Shown here: piece by piece, positions 1 through 18,200 of the stretch
Numbering within the stretch: position 1 is the stretch's first letter
How the letters are laid out: each line of letters starts with the position of its first letter
Assembly (NCBI RefSeq): GCF_000143415.4
Contig: NW_003314276.1
Location: forward strand, 769,630 to 833,629
DNA length: 64,000 nucleotides
Source of the DNA: Selaginella moellendorffii
Taxonomy: Eukaryota > Plantae > Lycopodiophyta
Direction: 5' to 3'
Translations under genes and position numbers: made by a program
Notes under the pieces: model-generated
Database searches by the model: none
What the model saw: the letters and a program-made list of their open reading frames with translations, nothing else
Told to the model about the DNA's origin: nothing

Positions 1-255
1 GACGGTATAGCCCAAAGCCTTCATAATCTCATCGGAGTTCCTCTTTCGATCGACACCGCCAAAGGACATCACACGGACATCCCTCGGCTCCACCCCGGGC
101 TTGAGATCCAGCTCCATTCCCAGGCTCTGGCTCTCGCGCCATAGAGAATGCAGCTTCCTCAGACCTAATCCAAACCTCTGCGGCGCCTCTGGACGATCGA
201 ACAAGGCGCCAGAGGAGCGGATCATCGCGATCGAGAGCCGCCTCCATGTCCCCAT
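1..255 (-). CDS. 5' part of an unknown protein, possibly organelle-targeted; runs off the window
   Basis: Frame is open from ATG 255 to the window edge: MGTWRRLSIAMIRSSGALFDRPEAPQRFGLGLRKLHSLWRE...EIMKALGYTV. Arg/Ser-rich N-terminus; telo-box-like TAAACCCTA just upstream. Not in the ORF track because there is no stop in the window. Confidence 0.5.
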   Translation of the reverse strand, partial: MGTWRRLSIAMIRSSGALFDRPEAPQRFGLGLRKLHSLWRESQSLGMELDLKPGVEPRDVRVMSFGGVDRKRNSDEIMKALGYTV

Positions 256-379
256 TCTGGCGCTTAAACCCTACTTCTCCAAGCAAATATTTGGCTACCC
301 TAAAATTCCCCAAGAGCCCTAGAAAACGAGGGTGTGGTGATTTTGGTCTCTCTCGGCAAGAGATCGCGGCGGCGCCATC

Positions 380-777
380 ATGTAAGCCTCTCTCTCCCGG
401 CTCACATTCCGTGTGATCTCGCCATGGCTGCTAGGTCGGACGATGCGGAGGAGCTCCAGGATCCCAAGCTTGAACTGGAGGAGATGTGCCGGCCGCGATG
501 CGTTAAGCAATTTCTTGCCTACCAGGTAGAGCCCAAGCTTCGATTTCTTGCTCTGGAAACGCTCGGCGATGGATGAAACAGGCGTGTTGCAAGCGAATCG
601 AGGACGATGACACTGGATCGAAGCATTGCACGGGGCAGTACCTGGATTTCTGGAACTGCATCGACAAATGCGTGAGTTTTGCTCGATCAAGATCCCTTCT
701 TTTCGCTGTTCTTGAGCTTCTTGCTTTTTGCCCTCTCTTGGCAGGTATCGAGGCGGCTTTTTGATCGATTAAAATGA
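380..777 (+). CDS. QCR6: Cytochrome b-c1 complex subunit 6 (hinge protein)
   Basis: Exons 380-381, 435-525, 582-671 and 745-777 give MSDDAEELQDPKLELEEMCRPRCVKQFLAYQACCKRIEDDDTGSKHCTGQYLDFWNCIDKCVSRRLFDRLK, with the hinge-protein Cys pattern. Alternative in-frame ATG at 424. Confidence 0.93.
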
Positions 778-1074
778 GTAGACAGAAGAAGAAGAACAAG
801 GTCGTGATCGTGTGCCATGCTCCCAGATTTATCGAATAAAAGGTCACGAATAAGCTACATTCTATACTTTTTTTTTCCTGTGCTATCTTTAATGAGGACG
901 AAGAGTTCCGTTGCTAGCTTAGAGGGGAAAAAGTCTTCGCTTGCGCCAGGAGCTAGGGTTCTATAGGTTCTCGGTGGCTCGATCGATCGATCGGCCAGCG
1001 CATCGCGAAATTTCGCATCGCAATGCTAAATGCGAGCTCCAGGAGGCAGTGATTGGCAGTGGCGCCGAGAGATT

Positions 1075-3954
1075 ATGGGATGTTTGGCGGTGGCGTTCTT
1101 GTTGTGCTCGATCCTGGCGCTTGCGGCGGCGGATCCAGCTCCTGGCAGGAGGATTCACACGCTCTTCTCGGTGGAATGCAACAACTACTTCGATTGGCAG
1201 ACCGTCGGGCTCATGCACAGCTTCCGGATCAGCGGCCATGTCGGGCCGATCACGCGGCTTCTCAGCTGCACGGACGAGCAGCTCGGGAGCTATGGCGGCA
1301 TGGATTTGGCTCCTACGCACGTTGTTCCTTCGATGAGCAAGCATCCCGTCACTGGAGACTGGTAAGGAATTTCTCGTATCTATCTACATTTGTTCTAAGA
1401 TGTGTTCTTCGTTCCAGGTATCCTGCGATTAACAAGCCGGCTGGAGTTGTCCATTGGCTCAACCACAGTGAGGACGCCAAGAAAGTAGACTGGGTGGTGA
1501 TCTTGGACGCTGACATGATCATTAGAAAGCCTTTGCTTCCATGGGATCTAGGCGCAGAGAAAGGAAAGCCAGTCTCTGCGTCTTACGGGTAAGTTTTCAC
1601 GACGTTCTTCAATCCGAGACAAGAGAAGTTCTTGATATTTTGATGTTTGTTCGTAGATATCTCATTGGATGCGATAACATCCTTGCACAATTACACACCG
1701 CTCACCCAGAGTTTTGTGACAAGGTTGGTGGTTTGATAGCTATGCATATTGACGACCTTAGAGCTATGGCACCTCTCTGGCTTTCCAAAACGGAGGAGGT
1801 GAGACAAGATAAAGAACATTGGGCCACCAACATAACGGGGGACATTTACAGCTCGGGATGGATCAGTGAGATGTATGGTTACTCGTTTGGAGCTGCCGAG
1901 GTTTGTAATTAAGTTTCTGGGACAGACTTTACAATCTTTTCATTTTTGTCACACAGGTAGGATTGCGTCACAAGATTAACGATGATGTGATGCTGTATCC
2001 CGGCTACACTCCCAGAGCTGGTGTGGAACCTTCTCTGCTTCACTACGGACTCGGTTTTAAAGTAGGAAACTGGTCCTTTGGCAAAGCAAGTCACAGGGAT
2101 GATAATATTGTCTACGATTGTAATCGTCTTTTCCCTGCTCCCCCACATCCGGACGTGGTACGAACAATGTTATTCTGTTTTCTGTGCTGTTCTCGATTAA
2201 GTTTCTTGTTTCCTGTTGTGCAGGTGAGAGGAATGAACGCAAACGAAGATGAAGCTCGAGGTTTTCTCTTAAGCGTTGAATGCATCAACACAATTAACGC
2301 GGGTCTTGTTCTTCATCACGAAAAGCGGGCCTGCCCGAAGCCCAAGTCAGATTATGTGAGCTTCTTGAACTACCTCTTGAAACCTTCAGCACACAGTAAG
2401 AAGGCTTCGGAAACAGTGAATGCCGAGCAGCAAGAACCTCGGCCATATCCGAAAATCCATACCTTGTTCTCTGCTGAATGCTCGGCCTATTTTGACTGGC
2501 AAACGGTTGGTCTCGTCCATAGCTTCAAGCTCAGTGGTCAACCTGGATATATCACACGGTTACTTAGCTGCAGTGAGAAGGACTTGAAAAGTTACAAAGG
2601 AATGGATCTCGCTCCGACGCATCTGGTACCATCGATGAGTGTGCACCCTCTCACCGGAGACTGGTACGTCTTTCCCGATGTCTTGTTATCCCTTTCTTTG
2701 GTGTCTCAATACGTCTTTGCAGGTATCCAGCCATCAACAAGCCCGCTGCAGTGTTACATTGGCTACATCACGTTGTAACCGATGTGGATTTTCTCGTTAT
2801 TTTAGACGCGGACATGATCATGCGAGGACCAATAACGCCATGGGAGTTCAATGCAGAGCGAGGACACCCAGTTTCAGCTCCATACAAGTAAGAAAATCAT
2901 CTGCTACCTCAAGTCGTGTTTGTTCTGATTGTGTGCTTGCTGCAGCTATCTGATCGGCTGTGACAATGAGCTTGCCCAGCTTCACACTCGACACCCGGAA
3001 GCCTGTGACAAAGTTGGAGGAGTTATTATCATGCACATCGAGGACGTCCGAGCTTTAGCACCACTTTGGCTTTTCAAGACTGAGGAAGTTCGAGCTGACA
3101 AAGCACACTGGGCGACCAACATCACAGGAGATCAATACGCACACGGCTGGATCAGTGAAATGTACGGATACTCCTTCGGTGCTGCAGAGGTAACAAAGAA
3201 AGTACCATACTATACTTTGATCTTCAACTTTTTTTCTTCTTCGCTCTCACAGATTGAGCTAAGGCACAGGATTCGTGACGACATCATGCTGTATCCCGGC
3301 TATGTACCTCAAGAAGGAAGTGAGCCGAGGGTGTTGCATTACGGTCTCGAGTTCTCAGTAGGTGACTGGAAGTTCGACAAGGCAGACTGGCGAAACGAGA
3401 ACATGACGAGCAAATGCTGGAGGAAATTCCCAGAGCCCCCAGATCCGTCCACTCTCACGACTTCGGACAGAGGCGAGCGCCGCCGGGACGAAATAAGCAT
3501 CGAATGCATCAGCACAATCAACCAGGCACTCGACATCCATCACAGGAAGCACGGTTGTGTTGCTGCTGCTACGACTACCACTACTACCACTGCTGCGAAC
3601 TCCAGCATAGCATTCGGAAGCCGCGGAGAAGCAAAGCAAGGCTCTGAGGAAGCAGTGGTGGTGGAAAAGTCGGTTGACAGGGAGGCACTCAACAGTTTCA
3701 TGGCATCCAATCGACGACGCAGTGTTTTGGAGAGATTCAAGCGGCTGCCAGTGATAAGTCTCAGCCCGAGGTACTGGATGATCGCGCTGTGGACGCTCCT
3801 GGTAAGCTGCTTCTTGCTGGTTATCTCAGCGATTTATTCCAGGCAGCGCAATCACCATGAAAATGGTGGGACGAAGAAGATCTCAAGGAGGAGAAACAAG
3901 CTCCTGGCGGAGGAAGAATCAAATGGTTCTTCACAGTCGCTAGATCAGCCATAG
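1075..3954 (+). CDS. SERGT1: Peptidyl serine alpha-galactosyltransferase (multi-exon)
   Basis: Signal peptide; two internally repeated domains (IHTLFSxECxxYFDWQTVGL, ILDADMI DxD motif, GWISEMYGYSFGAAE); C-terminal TM segment; canonical short introns. Confidence 0.92.
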
Positions 3955-4072
3955 CTTAACAATTTTTGTTCTTGTTGATGAAATAAACCGTGATCGCGTG
4001 AAATGCGGCGAGCCCTTCGATCTTTTTCTAAGGTTTAAGTTAGGGTATAGTCATTTTATTTTGCTCCTCTCG

Positions 4073-7000
4073 ATGGGAGGAGCTGTGGCGGAGCGCCGCT
4101 TGAGGCCGCTATGGGACGCCATCGAATCGCGGCAGTACAAGTCGGCGCTCAAGCTCGCATCGGCGCTGCAGAGCAAGCATCCCGACGCACCATACGTTGT
4201 GGTGAGTGATTTGTGGCATTGTGATGTGCATTGTGTGGAAGAATGCGTCAAATTGTGGCATTGTGTCTTGGCACAGGTTCTCAAGGCTTTGGTTCTGGAA
4301 AGATTGGGCAAGCCCGATGAAGCTCTTGCCTTGTGTCGACAAGCCAAAGACATGCAGCCAATCGATGACATGACTCTCAAGGCATTGCAGCTTGTGTACC
4401 ATCGACTGGGTCTATGTAAGTTTCTTCCTTTCGAGGTTGAATTAATATCCTGCCTGTTTTGCAAGTGGAAGAATCTACGCTTGCTTACGAGAATGCTTGC
4501 TCCAAAGATCCCGGAAACATGGAGCTCTTGATCAGCTTTTTCAACTGTCATGTTCGCCAATGCAATTACGTGAAGCAGCAACAGGTATGTAAGGTTTTGT
4601 GTTTTTCGTGACGTCTATCGGACGAGTTTTTCTGACAGGTAGCTATGAAAATATACAAACACACCGGAGAGGAGAAGTATCTGTTCTGGGCGGTTTGCAG
4701 CATTTACCTGCAGGTATTGGCTTCGTATTTTTCTTGCCAGTTTGATTTTTCCTCAGGCACTTCAATGTAGGTTAGGCCCGGAAATGCAGCGGAAAAGCAA
4801 TTACTGGCGCTGGCCGAGGCATTACTGAAGAAAAGAATAGACGCAAACGGACTTCATGACTTGGAGGGTACTTCGTTCTTTTGTTTTGTTTCCTGTTACT
4901 AATGGCTGGTGTTGTTCACCTGACAGGTCTTCGTCTTTACATATCTCTATATCTAGCCCAAAACAGAATTGAAGACGCTCTGGGTCTTGTGAAAGGCGAA
5001 ATGGGTGCGTTATTTAACATTCCAATAGAACGCTTAAAACTCCAGGTGATAATGAACAAGGCAGGCATGTAGTGGTTTGACATCTTTTTCTATCAGGGTG
5101 AGCTCCTGATGCAAATGCATAAATACTCCGATGCGGTTGAGACTTACAGGGAGATCTTAAGCATAAGGTTGGTAGTCTCGATCATTTGTAATTTACTCGT
5201 GTTTCTTGGCAGCTCAGATGACTGGACCGCTATCATACAATTTATCAATGCGTCCTTGGAGCTAACTGGAGATTGCTCTACCGTGGACAAAGTTGCTTTG
5301 CAACTGTCGTCTTTGAGTCTTTCAGCTAATGAGGTTCGATATTCCAACCAAGGATACTTCACAAACTCCATCTGTTTCTGGCAGACGCTTGAGCGGCTTG
5401 GGAAAGTAGCTGATTTTATTAGCAGTCTTCAACGTTTGGAAACAACCGAATTAAGGAGAGGTCCATTTCTTGCAATGGTGGAAATCGAGTTCAGAAGGCT
5501 ACTGCATGGTTCCGAAGGTTCAAATGCTACAATGGCGTTGGCTGCAAGCATTTTAAATTATTTTCAACGGTGAGTGTTTTTGAAGTTATGAAGGAGGTCT
5601 CTTCTTACTCCTCTCGCAGTTTCGGACACCTGGCAGGTTTCTTCTCCGATGTGAAACCTTATCTGTTAGTCTTGGATCCCCGCTCTCAGGAATGGCTTGT
5701 CAATCAGTTGGCTGAAGATCTTGCAGCTTTAGCAGACACGGCCGGACCTGTTCAACTCCTTAGGAAAGAGATTTCAGCATGTCAAGTTCAAGAATATACA
5801 GGACACTTAGGAGGTGAGCTAGAATTTATGTTATATACTTTTAAAGTTTTACTACAGGTGATCCTTTGGAAGTTGTGAGGAGACTGGTGAGATTGTACAA
5901 GGACAACTTGAAGTATTCCGTGAATTTGGACCCTGAAGAGAACATACTTGGCGAGGAGTTTCTCGTTATGGCTGCTAGTCTGTTGGTCAAGGTAATGCAT
6001 TTTGTCCTTCTAAAACTCAAGATCAAATGTTTGCATTGGCTTAGCTGTTTCTTCAAACGAGGCAATCTACCTATTTCCTTGAAGCGGCCGCTGTACTTGA
6101 ATTTGGTCTGCACTTAAGGAGGTATCTAACATTATGAAGGTGCATTATGTTGAAACTTTATATTCTTTTCGCACAGGTTCAGCTCTCATTTCAAGGTTAT
6201 GCTTGTTAGTCTGTATTCGAGCATCTTTGCGACTTCTCTTGCAGTTGAATGGTGAGTTGGTTTTTTTCAAGATCATTGTTTTCAGAAGTGTTTCGCTATC
6301 CAGGTTCCGGACTTTGGATGTGAAGAACATTCTTTTGGAGTCTGCTTCGCATCATATATTACCGCTATTACTTGCAGCGCCGCATTCGTCTGCGTTGCTG
6401 AATGATACTGTCAAGTTTCATGACGATTCCCAGCATGAAGTGGCAGAAATGACCATCATGACATATAGACATGGCAATTACTCAAAGGTTTGTGTTTCTT
6501 CGCTGTTCACAGCACTAAGCTGTCAACTTGCAGATCGTGGAATTTCTGGAGCTGAAGGAGCGACTTGAAAACTCTCATCACTATTTACTTGTACGAGTTG
6601 AGCTGTCAATTTTTTCTCTGAAGGACAAAGTTGAAGAACTTGATGCGCTAGAAGTATGTATTTTGCTGCATTCTATTTTCTCATAGGACTACTTTACAGG
6701 CTACTCTCGCGAAATTGGAGAATGGTAATGATCTACTGAAATGGTCTTCGGAAAATCGTCTTGCAACACTGTCGTTCAATGAGGATTGTGAAAGTCGTCC
6801 CTGGTGGTCACCGGTTCCAGATCAAAATTTTTTGGCAAGAAGTTCTCCCTGTTCGACGCAAGAAATTGCCACCATCTTTCCGAGCTCAAAGGCGAAGGTA
6901 ACCGAATGAGTATAAGTATTTTATTCTCTCATATGGATCTTCTAGCAGGCACAAGTGACAGCAACTGATCATGAAAGATGGCGAGCATCCGTAAAACGAA

Positions 7001-7869
7001 GAAGCTTAGTACCACGGCTTTTGTATCTATCCCTGAACGCGTTGTCGTTTGAGAAAGATCGCGATGAGAGACGCGAAGAGTTGCGACAACACCTCGAGTA
7101 CTATCTGAAGAGTTTGGACAGAAATTGGAGCACGATAGATGACTTCATCTCGGAATGCAAGGTAGTGAGCGACCATCCAGTTTATAAGTTGAAGATACCA
7201 AGCCACCTCATCCTCCTTCTTCCGCAGGACGAGAAGCTAAACCTTGACGTGGATGCTCAACTCTCCATCTTGCTCTTCGTGCTAGGCTGGGAATTGGCCT
7301 CATGGTCGTCGTCATCAGAAGATAGAATCGTTCACTTGATGGCTCTCGTCGGCAAAACCTTGACAACAGGTGTTACCAATCTACTGCAGTCGTGTGACGA
7401 CACACTGGGTTTCGGAACAGGCATGCCGGCATTGGTGAAGGTGATCACGGAACCGGTTTCCTGGCTTGTACTGTCGGCCCAGGCATGGACGAAGAAACTC
7501 CAGCCATCCTCCAAGAAGAAGAGAAGAGGACCAAGCGAGCCAAGCGAAGATACAAGGAACGCATCCAGGATCGTAGATGGTCTCCGGGGGCTCGTCGCCA
7601 GCACCACTTCAGCGATTGAAAGGGTGGTCTTGTGGCTGACAAAACGATCTGGAAGCCGAGAAGAGGACGAGGTGGAGGCGCTGCTATTGCTGCTTAGAAG
7701 TGGGAGCGGCAGTGGAGTGGTGGAGCTGCTCGAGGGACCGTCTCCATTTGCGGCGTGGAAGGCCGAGGATTTGGCTACGAGGATTGTGGCGAGCCAGCGT
7801 GAAGAAGTATCAAGGCTGGGAGAAGTTTGCAAATCTAGGCTCAAAATTTTGGTGAAGCCCAAGTTTTAA
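4073..7869 (+). CDS. NAA25: N-terminal acetyltransferase B auxiliary subunit (NAA25/MDM20/TCU2), multi-exon
   Basis: ERRLRPLWDAIESRQYKSALKL N-terminus, TPR-like helices, RRGPFLAMVE and LDVKNILLES motifs. Confidence 0.9.
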
Positions 7870-7971
7870 GTGACCATTAGGAAAACTGCCTAAAATTTAT
7901 TTAAAATGATTCAAGTGTAAGATAGCTTTCTAGACTATCCAAACTAATTTCTCGCGGAGTATATAGAGTAA

Positions 7972-8043
7972 CGCCGTTGCCGGGGATCGAACCCGGGTCG
8001 TCCGCGTGACAGGCGGAAATACTTACCAGTATACTACAAAGTT
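7972..8043 (-). tRNA. tRNA-Asp(GTC), probably a pseudogene (damaged acceptor stem)
   Basis: Minus strand reads AACTTTGTAGTATACTGGTAAGTATTTCCGCCTGTCACGCGGACGACCCGGGTTCGATCCCCGGCAACGGCG. D, anticodon and T arms match plant tRNA-Asp, but 3 of 7 acceptor-stem pairs are broken. Confidence 0.85.
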
Positions 8044-8246
8044 TAAACCATAAACCCTAGGGCTTTAATCGAAAAGGGGAATGGGGTCAGAGAGCACGAG
8101 GAAGAAGGCGATGTTAATGCCTCGAGGAAGAGCACGGTGGCTCACATTTGTCGACCAAAGGCTGCAGGTACCTGGCGCTCCATTTTCTTTCTCCATGAGT
8201 GATCTGAGAGCTCGGCCTTGTTTTGGGTCTTGTCTTGGCAATCAAA

Positions 8247-11200
8247 ATGCTAGCAGGCAATGGACGGAAGAATCGTCCCTTTGGAGACGCTAGATCCTTC
8301 GTCGTTTGCTGTTTCTTGGTGGAAGCGATACGAGGTAAGATCTTTCCAGGTCTCGAGCGAGCGAGCAAAACCTCCGTGTGTGTGTTTTCTAGCGGCGTGT
8401 CCATTCAATCTCACCGCGCTCGACTTTACTCGAGTCGCCTCCGCTTGTAGCGATCGATCCGAGAACTTTGCAAGGATCCCAAGTTGCTGCAAGAGAATTG
8501 ACGCTCTGGTCGGGATCGCCGCTGCACAGCACGCAAACTCGAGCGGAGATCTCTGCCTGTCCAAGCCGGCGGCGAGCCTGTGCTTGAGCTCGCTGGTGGC
8601 AGCACTGGATTCCAATGGCGTGCATCCACAGGCCTCGCGAGCTTGCGGAGTTCCAATGAGTCTGAGAGGCCAGTGCCAGTGCAAAGCCGCGGCGCGCGTT
8701 CGCGACATTGTTGGAGCTCCCGGATTTGAAGGGGTGGTGGCGAGTTGCGAGTCTTTTGGCGGTGGAGAGATGAATAGCTCTCGGTGTTCCAGATGTTCCG
8801 CCGCTGCTACGAGGCTCGCCGCCTCCATCGCCGCTCCAAATCCGCCCAGAAGTTGTCAAGAGGCCGTGTTTGTGGCGCTGGCGAGCTTCGAGGATTTTAA
8901 GTCGGCCATGCACAAGGCTTCGTGCTTGTTCCAGCTCCAGCCTCCAAAAAAACTCACTGGTAAGTTTCTTTCTCCTAGAAGTTGATGGATCATTTTTTTC
9001 TTGTTTCGAAGGTCCTAATCCAAAGTTCACAAGTTCATCTTTTTCTTTCCAAGTTCTGGCTCAAGTTCTTGTACTAATAACCTCTTGTTACTTCTCTTGC
9101 AGAGTGCCCACTCAAGCTCACGCCTTGGCAGCTCCAAAACGTAGCAAACGTTTGTAGCAGCAGCGAAAGTCCAGAATCCTCCTGCTGCTCGGTTTCACTC
9201 CTTTTCCTCCGGATCGCGGCCTCGAAACTGGGTAAAACTTCTGGCGATTTCGTCATCCCCCAGAGGCTGGCAAGAGCTTGCATCGACGATCTCGGGCCCC
9301 GGATAGCCTCGTCCAGGCAGAGAGTTTGCTCCATCTCCTCGGACACCATCGCAAACTCGGCGAGGAGGGGGTGTAACAACATCGTGAGCTTGCACGATCT
9401 CGAGCACAGGCTTACGGAGCGAGACTTTTCCGTCTCGCGTGTTACGGAGACCTGTGATCGCTCTTCGTGCCTCGAGTGCCGACGAGCAGCCTTGGATGCC
9501 GCGTACGCTGCTGCCTGGCCTTATGTCGACGCCACCACCTTGCAGCACTGCATGGACTTGACGTTTCTCATGCTGGCCAGCAACGCATCCGCGATCAGAG
9601 CAACGCAAATCGGTGGCTGCTTGTACGCTCTGCCTGGTGAGTCTAATCGAGCGAGAAAGATCTTTGAAAAAAATCCTCTTTTCCTCGTTTTTTTGTTTTC
9701 TTGTTCGTCATTCTAACGCTGTGAAGTTTGTTTCTGTCTTCCTTGACAGTGTTTACTCCAGAAGACGATGTTGCTGTGACCGCCGTGTCTTCTTCTTCTC
9801 CTGCATTGCCTCCAGCTCGTCCAGAAGACGATGTCTCGATGTCGTTGCTCCCAGATCCAATCAACAAGTTGGCACATCAATCTCCATCGCCGGTCACGAT
9901 CGTGTTGGCGATTGGGATTGGGATCACGGGTGCTACAGTGGCAATTCTCTTGGTGTTGGTGCTCCTGCTGCAACGTAAGAGAGAGGAGAGCGTGCCTCTG
10001 TGGAGCAAAGATAGCGCTCTCGACGTCTGGCAAGGATCAGGTAACAAGAGTTGGAAAAATCTCTTCCTCTCTCTTTTGGTTTTGCTCCGGTTGAAACTTT
10101 GTCTCTTTTATGGCTACAAACAAACATGTCCTTGCTTGCTGCAGAGGCTCTCCGCGCGCTGCGAAGGTTTAAATACTCGGAGATAGAAAAGGCGACAAAC
10201 CATTTCCATAGTTTAATCGGCCAGGGGCGCGGTGCTGCCAGCGCTGTCTACCGAGCAAAGTTTAAAGATGGCCTGGTCGCCGCAGTGAAGAGATTCCATG
10301 CGGCACCTCAGCCGCAGAGCGAGGAGGAGTTTAAAAACGAGGCACATTTTCTGGGCCGACTCTACCACCGCCATCTCGTCAGCCTTCGAGGATTCTGCAT
10401 GAGAAAGAACGAAAGGTTTGGTTTTTTCTTGGTGTTGTCTTACGTTACGTTTACTTCTCCTTAATGCAGGTTTCTCGTCTACGACTTCATGGAGAATGGT
10501 AGCCTCAAGGAGCGTTTGCATTTGCACCACCGTGGTACCTCAACTCAAAAAAAAAATCTCTTTGCAAAAAACGAGAACTGTTGTTTTGCAGGGAGAAGCA
10601 ATGGCACGCTTTCATGGCAGAGACGGCTTCAGATCGCCATCGAAGTTGCAACTGGGATGGTAAGTTGTCAAATTTTGTTAGTTTTAGACTTCTGGAATAA
10701 GAAGAGGTTTTTCTTTCCCTGTGGAGTATAAACTCATCACTGCTGCGTGGGCTCTATCGCTAGGAATATGTACACTGCTACTGCGAGCCTCCACTGTGCC
10801 ACGGGAATCTCAAGTCGAGCAACATATTGCTGGACGAGAACTTCGTGGCCAAGGTAAGCAAAGACGGTCACACTGTGTTTTTGTTTTTGGTCTTCTTCAT
10901 ATCTACGTCATCTTCACGGCGTGTTCCTTGTTTGTTTGTCCAGGTCGGGGACTTTCGTCTTCCAGCGGCTGCCCCTTTTGGTTGTACGCCAGGTCTGTCG
11001 AGTCTATCCTTTTCTGTTTCTTTTTCTCTCGCTTTTCTTCTTTGTTTCCTTGTGTGTTCTTCGTAGTACTACTCTTGAGAAGCTTAAAAATGTGATTTTT
11101 GGTTGAGCAGACAGTGGCTACGTTGATCCCGAGTTCTCCCACACGGGCGTTCTCACGGAGAAGAGCGACGTTTACAGTTTTGGCGTTCTTCTCCTGGAGC

Positions 11201-11691
11201 TCGTCTCGTCCAGGCCCGTCACCACCGCCGGCGACAAGCACATCCTCGACTGGGCTCACGAGTTTTACAACTTCTCCGACGCTCGCCTGGTGGAGATGGT
11301 GGACTCCACTCTGCGGGACCAGATCGATCCCGACGAGCTCAAGAAGATCATCACAGTGTCGAGGCTTTGCTCGCAGAGCGAGGCAGCATCTAGGCCCAGC
11401 ATGAAACAAGTCGTCAATCTCCTCCTGGACAACGCCATCGCGATCTTCCCGCCGCTATCCTTCTCCCCGACGATCAAAGACGACGATGGCGATGGCGATG
11501 GCGATGGAAAGCAGCACAGGAGAGTAAATTCGGACGATTCGCTCTCGATCCACTCGGCCACGGGGATTCCATCGTTTAGCACCGCGACTAGCCATGCCAA
11601 AAACCTCTTCCTCTTCTCCACAAGTCCTCACGCACCGTCCTTCTCGTCATACTCCACGTACTCGCCCAGCTATTCGTTAAGATTCTCATAA
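8247..11691 (+). CDS. Receptor-like kinase (At1g49730/URK-like) with two Cys-rich SPARK-like ectodomains; predicted pseudokinase; start codon uncertain
   Basis: Hydrophobic leader SFVVCCFLVEAIRA; Cys-rich exons 8393-8959 and 9103-9636; TM IVLAIGIGITGATVAILLVLVLLL followed by QRKR; kinase motifs VAAVKRF, HRHLVSLRGFC, HGNLKSSN, GDFR, YVDPE, KSDVYSFG. Confidence 0.85.
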
Positions 11692-11836
11692 CTATAACAC
11701 CAAAACTAAAAGGGGGGTTTTAAAAGTAAAAAGGATTCCAGGATATTCTCATGCGGGGATATTCCTATCTGGCAGTATAACGACGTCTGGGTATATTCAA
11801 ATAGCATGGCGATAGGCCACTGACCAGAGATGCCGT

Positions 11837-11991
11837 CCACGTGGTTGAATCGGGTGCTCTTTGCGGATATTCTTACGTATTAAAACGAAAAAGCGTTGTG
11901 CTGACATTGACGCATGGGGTTGAGCGTCCCAGCTGGCAGACACGTTGCCCTAAGTCGATGACGTGGAATTAGATGAAGTGGGGGACGTGGC
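11837..11991 (+). promoter_or_regulatory. Cluster of G-box/ABRE-like motifs upstream of ABCC5
   Basis: CCACGTGG at 11837-11844, ACGTGG at 11961-11966, ACGTGGC at 11985-11991. Confidence 0.35.
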
Positions 11992-12422
11992 ATTTTTGTT
12001 TTGCATTTTTTAGGGAGCCAGGCATCCTGCCAAAGAGGGAGAGAGTGTAGCAGTCGCCGCTCGCTCGCTCGCTCGCTCGCGCTCGCCCTATTTCTCCCCG
12101 CGAATCTCCAATCCTCTCTTCTCGCAGCGCCAGCGCCAGCGCCATCGCGGTGATGCGATGCGATTCTTCTTGTGCTTGAGCGCTCCCCGCTGCTTGCCAA
12201 GGCGATTGACAGGAGAATCTCGTGTTCTTGCCCACCTAATCAATGGGATTCCTCGCTGATCCAGTGCCCGGGCTGGGATTGGAACCAGTAGGGTAGAAAA
12301 GCGGCGAGCAGCGGCGAAATTTCTTGGCATTGGAGGAGGCTACTGTGGCATGCGGATCAGGCGAGCGGCGGGAGCAGCAGGAGCAGCGGAATTTCTTGCG
12401 GCGATTGGTGGCGCGGATCGTC

Positions 12423-18200
<5,778 letters not shown>

